Positions 12,620 through 25,557 of a stretch of 53,669 nucleotides of DNA are shown one piece after another. The stretch covers positions 1 through 53,669 of the forward strand of contig NW_021834321.1 in assembly GCF_006345805.1 (NCBI RefSeq), written 5' to 3'. Position 1 is the stretch's first letter, and every line of letters starts with the position of its first letter. Source of the stretch: Octopus sinensis (Eukaryota). The translations under genes were made by a program, and so were the position numbers. The notes below the pieces were generated by a model that saw only the letters and a list, made by a program, of their open reading frames with translations, had not been told where the DNA came from and did not search any database.

Positions 12620-13169
12620 CTGTCTTTCTGTCTACATTTATCTTTTTCTCTCTCTATCCTTAACTAACTGTGTGTGGGTGTGTGTGTGTGTTTGTGCACA
12701 TATATAAATACATGCATATATAAATTAATACTCACACATATACATGTATGTATATACATATCAAAAGAATGTGTTATAACACTATTCTGCAAATACAAAA
12801 ACTGCCATGCCAACAATCCAAGATACCCCATCATCAGCTGCCCTACAGATATCATTATGGTTTCGACACCTGGGCACTACCATTCAATCCGGTGGTGTCA
12901 ACAGTACTAAAAGAAGTGTTGTATATATGTTACTTCCTTACGTTATCTCTACAGATTTTTCTAAAGTAATTATAACCAGTACTGGAAGTTATGACGTTTC
13001 GTATACGAATATATTTACGTAAACGTTGCGGTCAAAGGTCCATTAATACCTGATTATGCCTTTTCGTTTTTTTTTCTCTTTTACTACGTTGACTTGTTTT
13101 GGTATTAATGTTGAATTGAACAAACAATCTTAAGAACAAGATTATTACAGCCACTTTAAGTAATGTTTA

Positions 13170-13780
13170 AGTAATGTGAGATCGATATTTTAGTAGGTGA
13201 CAAATATAGGTGACAAGAAGTAACACAGTTTCTAGCTCTTTAGACCGGAAATGCCTAAACATCCAATGGTAATCCTGCTGGTCATGTCGACTGTATTTTC
13301 ACTCCGGACGCCATGCTTGCGTTTATGTTGACTGTAACATCAAAGTGTCTCATATTATTTGATGCCATGAGAGACTTTCCTAAAGAAAGAGAATATAACG
13401 ATTATAGTATATCCTTTTATTCGTTTGTCTTCAAAGCGAATGAAAGATTTTTAGCATATTGTCAGAGACTTTCAGCTTAATCTTTTTTTTGTCTAGCAGC
13501 ATATTTTTTTTCCCTGGTACACTGAATTACTTCTCATAAAACAGACTGGAGTTCTGAACAGTCACCTGGTTCGCTGATGCGTTTCTTGATTATTTTGCAA
13601 TTATTTTCTATGATAGTTTATTAGGTTTGATGACGTTTTTATATCTTATAACGAAGAGAAGTAGGCCCTAAACGGTGCCTTGGAAGACGCCACGAAAGGA
13701 TTCTGTGCGTGATAAGTGGTCCCAATCAGTCACAATACATTGGGCTCCTTTTACCAGGAACCTTTTCTGTAAAACTCCAG
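13170..13780 (-). mobile_element. Highly degenerate CR1/L2-group LINE reverse-transcriptase fragment
   Basis: Minus strand RGVFQGTV*GLLLFVI (13646-13693) resembles SGVPQGTVLGPLLF; downstream NMLLDKKK and WMFRHFRSKE resemble CR1 post-RT motifs. Confidence 0.6.
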
Positions 13781-13943
13781 TATGTATGTATGTATATATA
13801 TATATACAGAGAGAGAGAGAGAGAGAGATGTATGTGTATGTATATGTGTATTAATATATATATATAAAATATTAAGTTATATCTTGAGTGACAACAACGC
13901 TCAAGATATACAACGGACTGAAAATAGAAGTGCTCTAATGAGC

Positions 13944-15117
13944 TGTATACACTTTTTTTATCCGAGGGGAGGCAATGCGAGCAACAACCACAGGAACATC
14001 ACAAAATCCACAGATAGACCAAACACATACAAATCTTCATATACTCATTTATATCTATAAAGCCCGACATTTAGAAATTTAGTAATATATAAATATATCA
14101 TATAAAAATATAAATTTTGCATATAACACCTTGAATTAACGCTTAAAACATTTAGTATAAATTTGTTACAATAAGAGAAATAAATATAATAATAATAAAT
14201 AAAAATAAAGCATACAAAAGCATATTAAAAGACGAATTAAAATTCTAGCGAAATGTACATAGAAGGTAATAATTATACAAATTTACAAGAATATAAGTTT
14301 ACAAAGATACACAGAAGTCCATCTTCGGGCCGTTTCGGAGACGCGCCAATTAATATTAGACATATCATATACTTAAAATTGGCACTCCCTTCAAGGACTT
14401 GAACCCGAATATGTGGCTTTGCATGTATGTGAGAATTTATAAGATTGAAATAAAATAAAATAGAACAAAATAAGTACAGAATTGAAATGGTCCAGATGGC
14501 GCTGTGTGCATACAATTTACTATGGCTGATGGATCGAATTATATGCGTATAATATAGCATTCAGGATCGGAGAAAAAATTCTGGGAGTACGTAATGTCTC
14601 GGTTCTGAATATGGCCGGTATGTGATTGTGTATTTGTTCACGTTTGTTATGTGTTGTATGTATAGGACATCCTGATGAGGAGAGTGTCAATTTTAAGTAT
14701 ATGATATGTCTAATATTAATTGGCGCGTCTCCGAAACGGCCCGTAGATGAACTTCTGTGTATCTTTGTAAACTTATATTTTTGTAAACTTATATAATTAT
14801 TATCTTCTCTATACATTTCGCTAGAATTTTAATTCGTCTTTTAATATGCCTTCGTATGCTTTATTTTTATTTATTATTATTATATTTATTTCTCTTATTG
14901 TAACAAATTTATACTAAATGATTTAAGCGTATATGCAAGGTGTTATACGCATAATTTATATTTTTATATGATATATTTATATATTACTAAATTTTTAAAT
15001 GTTGGGCTTTATAGATATAAATGAGTATATGAAGATTTGTATGTGGTTGGTCTACCTGTGGATTTTGTGATGTTCCTGTGGTTCGCATTGCCTTCCCTCG
15101 GATAAAAAGTATATACA
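13944..15117. repeat. Long inverted repeat, ~440-bp arms, HHR-associated (Penelope-like pLTR remnant)
   Basis: 13944-14389 is the reverse complement of 14680-15117 with scattered mismatches; HHR at the inner end of the right arm. Confidence 0.9.
14668..14749 (+). ncRNA. Type I hammerhead ribozyme, canonical core
   Basis: catc-CTGATGA-ggagagtgtcaatt...aattggcgcgtctcc-GAAA-cggcccg-TA-gatg; ~14-bp helix II; predicted cleavage after A14745 (GUA). Confidence 0.85.
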
Positions 15118-15164
15118 TACATATACGTATGTATGTATGTATGTATGTATGTATGTATGTATGT

Positions 15165-15299
15165 ATCCACTCACAAGGCTTTGGATGGCCCGAGGCTATA
15201 GTATAAGAAGACACTTTCCCAAGCTGCTACACAGTGGGACTGAACTCGGATCCATGTGGCTGGGAAGCAAGCTTCTTACCACACAACCACTCCTGCGCC
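15165..15299 (-). mobile_element. SINE family A head fragment
   Basis: atccactcacaaggctttgg...accactcctgcgcc. Confidence 0.8.
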
Positions 15300-15691
15300 T
15301 ATACAGGTATTCAAAACATATTCCGATGCGCATGCGCGCTCGTTAATGATAGTCTTTCGAGTCTGAGAAAGGCAGTTCTGCAATATCTTGCTGAACTACC
15401 TCCACGGTAGATTTGTTGATATTGATTAAAAATCATTCGGCTATAGATTACCTCACTTCTGCCATCAAATCGATAGTTCCATTGGGGGAACCCCGGGTGC
15501 CACGCATCCGACCTCGAATTTATCGTAGGGCAACGTAAAATGAAGTGCGTTACTCGAGGACGCAATACACAGTCTGGTCTGAAAAATCGAACCGACGATT
15601 GCCCGATACTTGCCACTAGGCCGTGGGACTCATGTATGTGTATATATACACATATACATACACTCATATACATACACTCATATATATATAT

Positions 15692-15727
<36 letters not shown>

Positions 15728-15750
15728 ATGGATAATAAAACGAATAAATT

Positions 15751-15902
15751 GGCGCACACGTGGTTGTACAGTAACAAGTAACATGGTTCCGGGTTAAGTA
15801 TTCCACTGCACAATACCTTGGGCAAGTTTTTCCTACTATAGCCTCGAGCCGACCGAAGCCTTGTGAGTGGATTTGGTAGACAGAAACTGAAAGAAGCCCG
15901 TC

Positions 15903-15946
<44 letters not shown>

Positions 15947-16455
15947 AGTGTGAAAAATTTAATATTAATTTGATTAATATCAATTTAAAACCAGTGGTCT
16001 AACATATTAAAATCTGAAGATTCAAAAAAATTATATTACATACATATAAGAGGGATGACCACTATGTGGACATCCATAATGCTGGTAGTAGATCCACTAA
16101 GAAAAGAATATTCTCAAGTAAATTTAGCAAACGCTTTGCTAAATTTTCTTGACAACATTCTTTTCTTAGTGGTAAGACCATAGCGGATCTACTGCCAGCA
16201 TTATGGATGTCCACGTAGTGGTCATCCTTCTTATATATATGTGTGTGTGTGTGTGTGTGTGAATCTATGTATGTATGTCTTTGTATCTACGTTTGCCCCC
16301 CTGTAGCGGCAAAAGAACCCGATAGAATAAATATTAGGTTTGAAAAAAGAAAAAATTCCTGAACTCGATTGATTTGTTCGTCTGAAGCCTTTCGAGGCAG
16401 TGCTCCTCCCCGGCTGCAACCAAATGACTGAAACAAACAAAGGAATAAAAGAATA
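15751..16455 (+). mobile_element. SINE family A split by an insertion into its internal microsatellite
   Basis: Head 15751-15905, tail ~16250-16455; the foldback 16039-16243 lies between them. Confidence 0.7.
16039..16243. repeat. Near-perfect foldback hairpin, 3-nt loop
   Basis: Arms mirror around aaatttagcaaa-cgc-tttgctaaattt; the right arm has a ~14-nt insertion. Confidence 0.9.
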
Positions 16456-16465
16456 AAATGATATA

Positions 16466-16742
16466 TGCCCGTGAAATTAAATGCAAGTGGCTGAGTACTC
16501 CACAGACACACGTATCCTTAACGTAATTCTCAGGGAGATTCAGAGTAGGACAGGACATGACAAGGTTGGCCTTTTGTATTACAGGTTGAAATCATTTTTG
16601 CCAGGTCAATAGACCGGTGTACAGTTTCCCAGGACATACAGCTGGCAACGGGAAATAAAGTGCCTTGCTCAAGGGTACAGCGCGCCGCTAGGAACTGAAC
16701 TTAGGATCGTAGGCCGAATATATCAACTACTAGGCCACGCGT
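16466..16742 (-). mobile_element. SINE family D, degenerate
   Basis: Homologous to 2180-2440. Confidence 0.75.
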
Positions 16743-16746
16743 TGTC

Positions 16747-17146
16747 ACGCAGTGTGGTAACGAGCTTGCGTCCGTCGCAAACACATGGTTCCGGTTTCAG
16801 TCCCACTGCGTGGCACCTTGCGCAAGTACCTTCTACTATATAGCCTCGGTCTGACGAAAGCCTTGTGAATGGATTTAGTAAACGGAAACTGAAAGAAGCC
16901 TGTTGTGTGTGTGTTTATCTTTGTGTTCGCGTTTTTTTTCCCAGCTACCATCGCTTGACAAACGATATTGCTGTATTTATGCCTCCGTAACCCGTAACTT
17001 AGTGGTTCGGCCAAAGTGACCGATAGAATAAGTACTAGACTTACGAAGAATAAATCGTGGGGTCGATTTCATCGACTAAAAACCTTTTAAGGCGGTGCTC
17101 CAGCATGGCCGCAGTCAGATGACTGAAACTAGTAAAATTATAAAAC
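16747..17146 (+). mobile_element. SINE family A
   Basis: Full head-to-tail homology with the other copies. Confidence 0.87.
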
Positions 17147-17387
17147 AATGTGTGTGTGTGTGGTGTATGTATGTAGATATATATATATACAAGAAAAAAA
17201 GCAACAAGAATGGATTAGTTGTTCAGTACAATTGTTTCATACGAAGAACAGTATCGAAGAGAGTTCTATGAAAAGCAAAGTTAGATTGTAAGCAGACTTC
17301 AAATGTTCTCTAAAATGATGCACAGTTTTATAAAAGGTTTTTAAAAAAGTTTGTTAGCTTCACAGGAAAGGTAAATGTTTTACGAAA

Positions 17388-17421
<34 letters not shown>

Positions 17422-18249
17422 GCACATACACACGCACACACACACACACACACACGCACATACACACGCACACACTGTCCCACACCCGTCCCATACATAT
17501 TTACTTAATGTTTTGACTCTGTGCCGTTTGTCAGCGACACAAAGTCAGTCTGTCTGTTTACACGTTTAAGTGAATATTATAAATATTTATTAGTCCCGCT
17601 GTAGAGACTCGTTGACAGCTTTAACTCTGTGCGGCGGAACCCTATCGCATCCAATATCCTATATCTGTCATATTATCACTTCCTTTATATTTCGGGGGTT
17701 TTTAATCTCTTTTCCATCTTCCTTACCAAGTTATCAATAGCAGCAGCAGCACCAGCAGCAGCACAATCAACCTCGTTCTCATCGTCATCATCCTCTTCGT
17801 TTTTCATCGTCCTCATCGTCGTTGTCTTCGATCTCGTCCTGCTCCTTCTTCCTCTCCTCATCCTCTTCTCTCCTCCTCCCCCTACTCCGCTTTCTCCTCC
17901 TCATCTCTCCATCACCTTCTTTGTCAGCTTCTCCATCTCTTCCTAACCCATCCTCTTCCTCATCTTCCACCTTCTTCTCCTCCTCCTCTACCTCCTTTTT
18001 CACCTTGTACGTCCGCTCCTCCTTCCCCCCTCCTCCTCCTCCTTTCCCCCGCGTCCCCTCCTTGTCGTCATCATCCTCATCGTCGACGTTGTCCTCTACC
18101 TACTCCTCTTTCTCCACCACCTTGTCCACCTCCTCCTTGTCCTCCCCCTTCTTTATCATCATCATCATCATCATCGACATTTTCATCCTCATCGTCAACA
18201 TTATCACTATTGTCCACATCAAAAATGTGTAATAAATGACCCCTTTTTT

Positions 18250-18605
18250 TATACAATAGGCACAAGGTCAGAGAATATATTGTTGGCTGTGAGGAGTGGT
18301 CGAGAAGCTGGTCAATTTCAGTGACCCCATTACTTGACCGGCACTTATCTTTATCGATCCCGAACGGGATGAAAGACAAAATCGACCGCAGCACAACGTG
18401 AAATGTGAATGTAAATCCGAAAAAAAATGCTGCTGGGCATTTTATCCGGCATGGTACCGATTCTAGCAGCTTGCCGCCTGAAACAAAGTAATAAATATTG
18501 TTTCCATTTTTGGCACAGGGCCAGCAACTTTTGAGAAGTGGAGATCGACTACATCGACCCCCAGGACTTGATTGGTACTGATTGTATTGATCCTGAAAAG
18601 GCTGA

Positions 18606-18643
<38 letters not shown>

Positions 18644-18900
18644 TGTTATTGTTATTATTGTTATTATTATTATTATTACTATCATCATTAAAGACCGCCG
18701 GCTGGCAGAATCGTTCGCACGAAGGACGAAATGCTTTGCGGTATTTCGCCCGTCGCTAAGTTCAAATTCCGCCAAAGTCGACTTTGCCTTTCATCCTTTA
18801 GGGGTCGATAAATTAAGTACCAGTTACACACTTGAATCGATGTAATTTACATAATCCCCCCCCCCCCCCAGTTGCCCTTGTGGCTAAATTTTAAATAATC
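18250..18900. mobile_element. Cluster of SINE family B copies (minus ~18250-18480 and ~18505-18600; plus ~18690-18900)
   Basis: Family B motifs in both orientations. Confidence 0.75.
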
Positions 18901-18914
18901 ATTATTATCGTTTT

Positions 18915-19279
18915 CCATCTCAGAACGTTCGGTATTGTTTGTTTTGGTAGATTCTGTGACAGCGGACAGCAGCCTGCTGTCAGAGGTCTCACTTTCCACA
19001 CATTATAAACTTTGATACTTGGTTGTTAATTATCGTGGGAGACATTCAACATCCAAGTACCAATCTCAAAATCCTAGCTGTCCCCAGCGGTGCAGTTTTG
19101 AGGGCTTGCTCAGCTCTCATGTCGATTCCGATTTCTTTGACATATTTCTCGAACTCGGTTGTTAATGCTCCGAGGGGCCCTACAACTACTGGAATGACAG
19201 ACACTCTCCCCATAGTCCACATCCTTTGCAATTTTATCGTTTAATAGTCTGCGCTTATCCATCTTTTCTAGTTCTTTGT

Positions 19280-19282
<3 letters not shown>
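18915..19282 (-). mobile_element. R4/Dong-type LINE 3' fragment (second subfamily)
   Basis: RMWTMGRVSVIPVVVGPLGALTTEFEKYVKEIGID...KTAPLGTARILRLVLGC* followed by 3' UTR. Confidence 0.85.
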
Positions 19283-19319
<37 letters not shown>

Positions 19320-19888
19320 TAAAACTCACAGCTTATTTTACTGGGTACAATGGAAAGTGTCAGCTGTCCTTAGCCAGCAGACTAAGGTGACACTTGTTTA
19401 ATGGTCATGCTTCAAGAACCCCGCGAAGGATTCTTGCAGTTCCAAGCAATGCTGATTTTCGAAGGTGTTCTACTTCCACACTTACACCAATCTTTTTCAG
19501 CCATGTTGATAGTTGAGGGCTGATACTCCCAAGTGCACCAATTACTATTGGTATCATGTCTACTCCCTTCATTGATCACAACCTTCGTATTTCCCTCTTC
19601 AAATCGTCATAGTTGTTTATTTCTTCTTCTTCTTTCACATTGATCCTGTTGTCACCGGGGCATGCTATGTCGATTATCATACACGTTCTTTCTTTTCTAT
19701 TCTCCACAACAATATCCGGTTTCCGATATCTGGTCAGGTGATCACACTGGACCATTGCATCCCACAGGATCTTGCAATTCTCATTCTCGGTGACTCCTTC
19801 TGGGTTTTGTTCATACCACATATTTGCTCTTTGTAGCCTGTGATTTCCACAGCTCCAAGTGGATCGTTCTTGCCTCACTGTCATAGCG
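19320..19888 (-). mobile_element. R4/Dong-type non-LTR retrotransposon 3' fragment (restriction-like endonuclease domain)
   Basis: WYEQNPEGVTENENCKILWD...RKPDIVV...IIDIACPGD...YDDLKREIRRL*SMKGVDMIPIVIGALG...KSALLGTARILRGVLEA*; one in-frame stop; (TAA)n on both sides. Confidence 0.9.
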
Positions 19889-19920
<32 letters not shown>

Positions 19921-19921
<1 letters not shown>

Positions 19922-20580
19922 GAGTGAGAGAGCAGTTCATGCCATCAAAGTGACACTGGGGTAAAATATACGAAGCCCAATATACCCATCATGACTACCC
20001 GTCTGATAAGGGCACACCGGGCACATGCATCACAACCATATGTGCGCGACATGGTGATCTCATATCAAGATAAACAGCACATGACCTTGCAGGTGGGGCC
20101 AAGTTAGAATTTTCTTCAGGTCGAGTAGCCCATCCCGCTCAAACGGTCCCTGAATAAGGGTTGTTTAAGGATGTTGAAAGAACCACCCATGTTTCCAGAG
20201 GTGAATTATCCAAACCCCAAAGAATCCCTCTCAACACATGGCTATGATGCTCCCCCACTACTTCTGCTCGTGATCAGAGATGCACATATCGTCAGCCACT
20301 AAGGGACATGCTCAACTGGTTAAGGTCAAACAACTGACAAGCAAATATGTGGTATTGAGCAGAATATTTGCTGTAGTCCATCTTTTAATACCAAGACAGA
20401 ACAATGTACATGATAACACTTCCAATCAGTTAAGATCAGAAGCCATGAGAGCCATTGTCTGGTACTGCATGAGGGCATTGGAGCCCATTTTTTATACCAA
20501 GACAAAAAAAAATGTACATGATAACACTTCCAATCAGTTAAGATCAGAAGCCATGAGAACCATTGCCTGGTACTGCATCA
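19921..20580. mobile_element. Unclassified ~660-bp insertion in (ATT)n with an internal ~108-bp tandem duplication
   Basis: Sharp boundaries against ATT repeats; 20380-20471 is repeated at 20488-20579. Confidence 0.55.
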
Positions 20581-20692
20581 TATTATTATTATTATTATTA
20601 TTATTATTGTCATTATTTTTATTATTATTATTTTTTTTATTTTTGTTATTATTATTATTATTATTATTGTTATTGTTATTATTATTAATATT

Positions 20693-20857
20693 TGCTAAGG
20701 CGGAGGTATTGTTTTCAGTCGTATTTGTTTGTCCATGGACAAGATATCTCAAGAACCGCTGGATGGATTTAGATGAGACTTTCAGGGATGTTTGGCCTCG
20801 TGACTGGCACGAACTACTTTGATTTTGAGATCGATCCAGTACCGGACAAGGATTCTG

Positions 20858-20858
<1 letters not shown>
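20693..20858 (+). mobile_element. Possible Helentron/HINE (DINE-1-like) non-autonomous fragment
   Basis: ggaggtattgttttc...caagatatctcaagaaccgctggatggattt...atgagactt resembles the HINE core from memory; termini not confirmed. Confidence 0.4.
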
Positions 20859-20904
<46 letters not shown>

Positions 20905-20905
<1 letters not shown>

Positions 20906-21095
20906 ACAGCGAGCTACTAGAAATGCAGCATTTCGTCCGTCATAACGTACTAAGTTCAAATTCATCCAAAGTCGACTTTGCCTTTCATCCTCTTTCAAAG
21001 TCGATGAAATAAGTACCATTTATGTACTGAGGTCGATATTATGAGCTAGTCCCTTCCCTCCAAAATTTCAGGCCTTTTGCCTATTGGAGAAAGGG
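20905..21095 (+). mobile_element. SINE family B
   Basis: aagttcaaattc...gtcgactttgcctttcatcc. Confidence 0.75.
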
Positions 21096-21104
21096 TTATT
21101 ATTG

Positions 21105-21375
21105 ATTTGACTCAGGTTCGGTATTATCCCTGGTAGGATTTATCTGGGTAGCGAGTTACTACCTGTAACCTTAGTTATTCACTAGCTTTCAATAGGCTTT
21201 GAAGTGCTTAGGACACTCCTGATAATCTTTTCTGTCCATAAGGGTCAAACTTTCTGTAGAAGCTCTACAGGACATTCTATTCCAGTCTCCTTCAACCATT
21301 TGTCTGTATATTTGCTTACAGTTCCCAATGCACCAATTTTACAGCTTTCATATTCCAAATTCTTGCAATTTCATA
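21105..21375 (-). mobile_element. R4/Dong-type LINE 3' fragment (third subfamily, degenerate)
   Basis: Minus strand reads IGALGTVSKYTDKWLKETGIECPVELLQKV*PLWTEKIIRSVLS. Confidence 0.7.
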
Positions 21376-22394
21376 GGATAACTGGGCCGTGGTCTGTACA
21401 GATTCTCTCAAACCGGTCAAATTGATTCCATTAGTATCCCGTTTCCCTCGATGGCAACAAGGTAATTTCAGGAGTCCTGTCTTCGACAGCAGAAGTAATT
21501 GGCCATCGTGACTATCGTGGGGCCTGTTGGGGCTACGATATAGGGGACGAGAGGTAAAGACACATGTGGTTCAGAATACTGAAATGGGAATCGACGTCGC
21601 CAAGAATTTGTTTAGTTCTCTGTCGAAGACCAGAGAGGAATCTGCAGCATTTTGTTCTGCATCCAAGGCGCTCAAGATGGCATGTAGAGGTGCTAAATAT
21701 GGCGATGGATCAAATCTACCGCTTAAATACGTCATAGGAGGGTTTGAACTCAAAACGTGAAGAGTCAGAGCAAGGCGTCTTGTGCAACACACCGACTGTT
21801 CTACTTGTTCACTTCACGTGACTGGTATTTCATTTACTGGCCCCGGAAGTACGAAAGAAGTAGATTTTGGCGATATTTGACTTCAAATCTTGCAAGGTAC
21901 CAAAATAAATACAGAAAATTACAGTATTTGTTTTAACGACTATGCCTTTTCGATGTTGAGTGCGATTTCACAGAGATTTGGCTGCTATTTCTAGCCAGTA
22001 AAATGAGCATTAAAGGCATCTCTGCTTTGTTTGGCATTGGTTTTGGCAGGGAATTGGGTCAAGGTTATACCAAAAGTCTACAGATGTTGGGAGTAGAACA
22101 GAGAAATTCCATCTTGTATTTTCCTTCTGTGAGAAGGAAAATACTTAGAGCTTAACCTATTTAATTCCTAGAACATAAATCTTTGAGAAGAAAGAAAATA
22201 AAAAGAAGAGGGGAAAAAACAAAAGAAGTGAAAAGAATATTTGAACAGACTTTATTGGCGGAAATAAACTAGAGAACGAGAAATATGTGGTACGGGGAGA
22301 AAATATCCAGAAGGTGGTTTCTGAGTAAAGCTGAGATTAAAATTGTGAATGAGGCCGTACTTTAGAGTTTTTCAGTTAGTTATTTGGATTCCGA

Positions 22395-22817
22395 TTTTGG
22401 CACAAGACCAAGCCGATAACATCGATTCCAGTACTCAGTTAGTAATTATTTTATCGACCCCGAAAGGATGACAAGAAAATTCGACTTCAGCTGAAATTGA
22501 ACTCATAACGTAAAGACGGACGAAATGTCGTTACGCATTTTGCCGGGCGTGTTAACGACTTTGCCAGCTCGCCGCCTTAATTATACTGCTACTAATGATA
22601 ATGCTTTCAAATTTTTGGCACAATGCCAGCAATTCCGGGAAGGAGTTCAGTCTTTTACATCGATCTCAGAGCACAACTGGTATTTATGTTATCGACCCCG
22701 AAAGGATGAAAGGCAAAGTCGACCTCGGCGAAATTTGAACTCAGAACGTAAAGACGGACGAAATGCTGCTAAGTGTTTTGCCCGGCGTGCTAACGATTTT
22801 GCTAAGTCGCCGCCCTA
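22395..22817 (-). mobile_element. Two SINE family B copies
   Basis: atcgaccccgaaaggatga at ~22453 and ~22691, each with its own head. Confidence 0.85.
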
Positions 22818-24325
22818 TAAGTTTAGATATTTGATGAAGACGAAGAGAAGCAGCGTCAAAGTAAATCGTTGCAATTTCGAATGAAGATCAGGGAAGATGC
22901 AAGGCCTTAGGTTTAAGGGGAGAATGAAAATGTTTGTTGAAGCGAAAAGACAAATGTAGTTATTTTAACTTTTGGAATGAAAAAAGAATATCTGTATGTT
23001 TTGATCAAAATTTATGTTAGAAAATTCCGCCAAGCAAAATGCTCAGTGGAATTTAGCCTGTCTTATATATTCTGCCGCCGAGGTGGACTTTTATCCCTCT
23101 GAGGTGAATGAAATGGTTCATTGATTTAGCTCAGGGGTTCCCAACCGGGTTCCACAGAAGCTTTAAGGAGGTCCACGAGTAAAAAATTGTAATTTGTGGG
23201 TCCATATATAAATTTTGCTTACTAGGAGGGGTACCTGTGTTTATTGAAATTTTCAAGATTTGTATTTGGAAATTATGGGATGTTTTCAATCTGACCGACA
23301 GATTTTTTAATTAATTTTTTTAACTAAACACTTTGAAACTCGGATACTGGTAGAATGTGTCACATAGAACAGGGTTTATTCTTAATGTTTTTGACAAAAT
23401 TTTGTTTTAGAAAGTATTTCGTGTTAAATTTGTCGTATTTGGGTAATTTTAACTAATCAATGACGTGTATTCAGCTGAAGAAAATTACTGCTGCTGTTTG
23501 CGAACAACTTCCGGGTTCACTCCCCTAACGAAACCCTTTTTTAATAACCAGAGATGTTTTTTTTTATAGCAACATAGGTTTGCTGTATCAGGGTTGATTC
23601 GAGGCTAAATAACAAAATTATTACTAAGACAGACCAACGACGGAGCCTCTATGTGGTTGCATGACCTGCTAGAAAAAGTAGCCAAACTTTTTTATATACA
23701 GTATAGAAAAACTTCTATATACACGTAGAGTCCATTATGTCTGGGTAGAAAGACAGAATGGTCACAGTTGGGACGTCTTTGATCATATCTGTTCAATCAG
23801 ATCCAACTCGGAGATAAACAACGAATGACGAAGGGAACGAGACAAGGCAACGGGAGAGCCTTTACGGGAATCGAACTCACAACCTCATGATTATGAGCCC
23901 GTGGCACTAAGCACTGAGCCATAAACCTCAGACTATCTACCCGTACATCGACGCCGCTGTGGGCGTTAGAGTTATAAAATTGCCAAATGTTACGTAAGCT
24001 TGTGATATTAGTTCGACGGTGTCCTCTTGTGGTTTCGGAATCGGTGACAGAACGACTCCTGTTTCAGTTATATTATTTCACGATTCGATAAACATGAGTG
24101 GATATTAAAGACTCGAGAAAGTATCCAAGTTATTGAGATAATGTGTTGACTTCTTCGGATAATATAGCCTGTTTTTTCCCCCACTTCTATATAAGCAGAA
24201 GTTCAGATTTGGCGGCAAAATTGCTGTAGCTTTGAGTCGAAACCGTATCACCTCGATGGCGAGAAAGGGACTTATTACTTGCTCTTCAGGGCTGGTCATA
24301 TTTGTGGCAGAATATTGTTGGACAT

Positions 24326-24760
24326 TAAGGCGGCGAGCTGGCAGAAACGTTAGCACGCCGGGCGAAATGCTTAGCAGTATTTCGTCAGTTTTTGCGTTCT
24401 GAGTTCAAATTCCACCGTGGTCGACTTTGCTTTTCATCCTTTCGAGGTCGACAAATTAAGCACCAGTTACGCATTGGGGTCGATGTAATCGACTTAATCC
24501 CTTTGTCTGTCCTTGTTTGTCCCCTCTGTGTTTAGCCCCTTGTGGGCAATAAAGAAATAAGGAACGTTAGCACACCGGGCGAAATGCTTAGCAGTATTTC
24601 GTCTGTCTTTACGTTCTGAGTTCAAATTCCGCCGAGGTCGACTTTGCCTTTCATCCTTTCGGAGCCGATAAATTAAGTACCAGTTGCATACTGAGGTCGA
24701 TGTAATCGGCTTGCCGCCTCCCCAAAAATTTCGGACCTTGTGCCTAGAGCAGGAAAGAAT
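24326..24760 (+). mobile_element. SINE family B dimer
   Basis: Two bodies; the second restarts at aacgttagcac (~24563). Confidence 0.9.
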
Positions 24761-25464
24761 ATTTTGGGACATGAGATTATGAGGACAAATAAACGAAGAG
24801 AGATAAATGATGTGTAGAGACGTACATCTACGTGTGTGTGTGTGTGTGTGTGCGTGTAAACGTGTGTGTGTGTGTTTATAAATGTGTAGATGTAAATGTT
24901 TGCGATGTGGTGTTTGTCTGTGAGCATGAATGCGCATGTATTCGTGTATGCCTGTGTACGTGTATGGTTGTGTATGTGTGTGTGTGTTCAAATATATATT
25001 TTTGTATATGTATGTGTGCATGTGCTTGCGTGTATATGTGTACGCAGGTGCGTGTGTCTTGTATGTGTACACGGTTGCGTAAGCGCCTATCTGTTTGTGT
25101 GTATATGTTTGTATATATATATAGATATATATATGTGTGTGGATGTTTCGGTTTATAAGTGTTTGCGGTGTGTGCACAGCTGTGTGTGCTTACGTAACTG
25201 TATGTGTGAGTATGTGCGTATGCGTAGATGTATATATGTGAGTATTTATAGATGTGTGTGTGTATATGTGTGAGACAAGGAAATACCAAATACATTCAAC
25301 TACTTGAAAATTCTCTGAACTTCATACTCTCACGTGAAGGATTTCTTTACTTTCCTTCTTCACCGCTTCCTGCCACTTTCATCAAAGCCAACCATAATTT
25401 TTCACTGCCATTTTATAATCAACTGATAAAAGCCAACACTCCACTTTGCTGTAGTCCTTATCAC

Positions 25465-25510
<46 letters not shown>

Positions 25511-25557
25511 TTATTATTATTATTATTACTACTACTACTACTACTACTACTAGCCAT

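Noticed and set aside
21527-21792. Overlapping 77-aa and 73-aa ORFs in non-repetitive sequence
   Set aside because: No recognisable motif or splice structure; would need BLASTX or RNA-seq.
23132-23180. hAT/Charlie-like terminus caggggttcccaac
   Set aside because: No matching opposite TIR or 8-bp TSD found.
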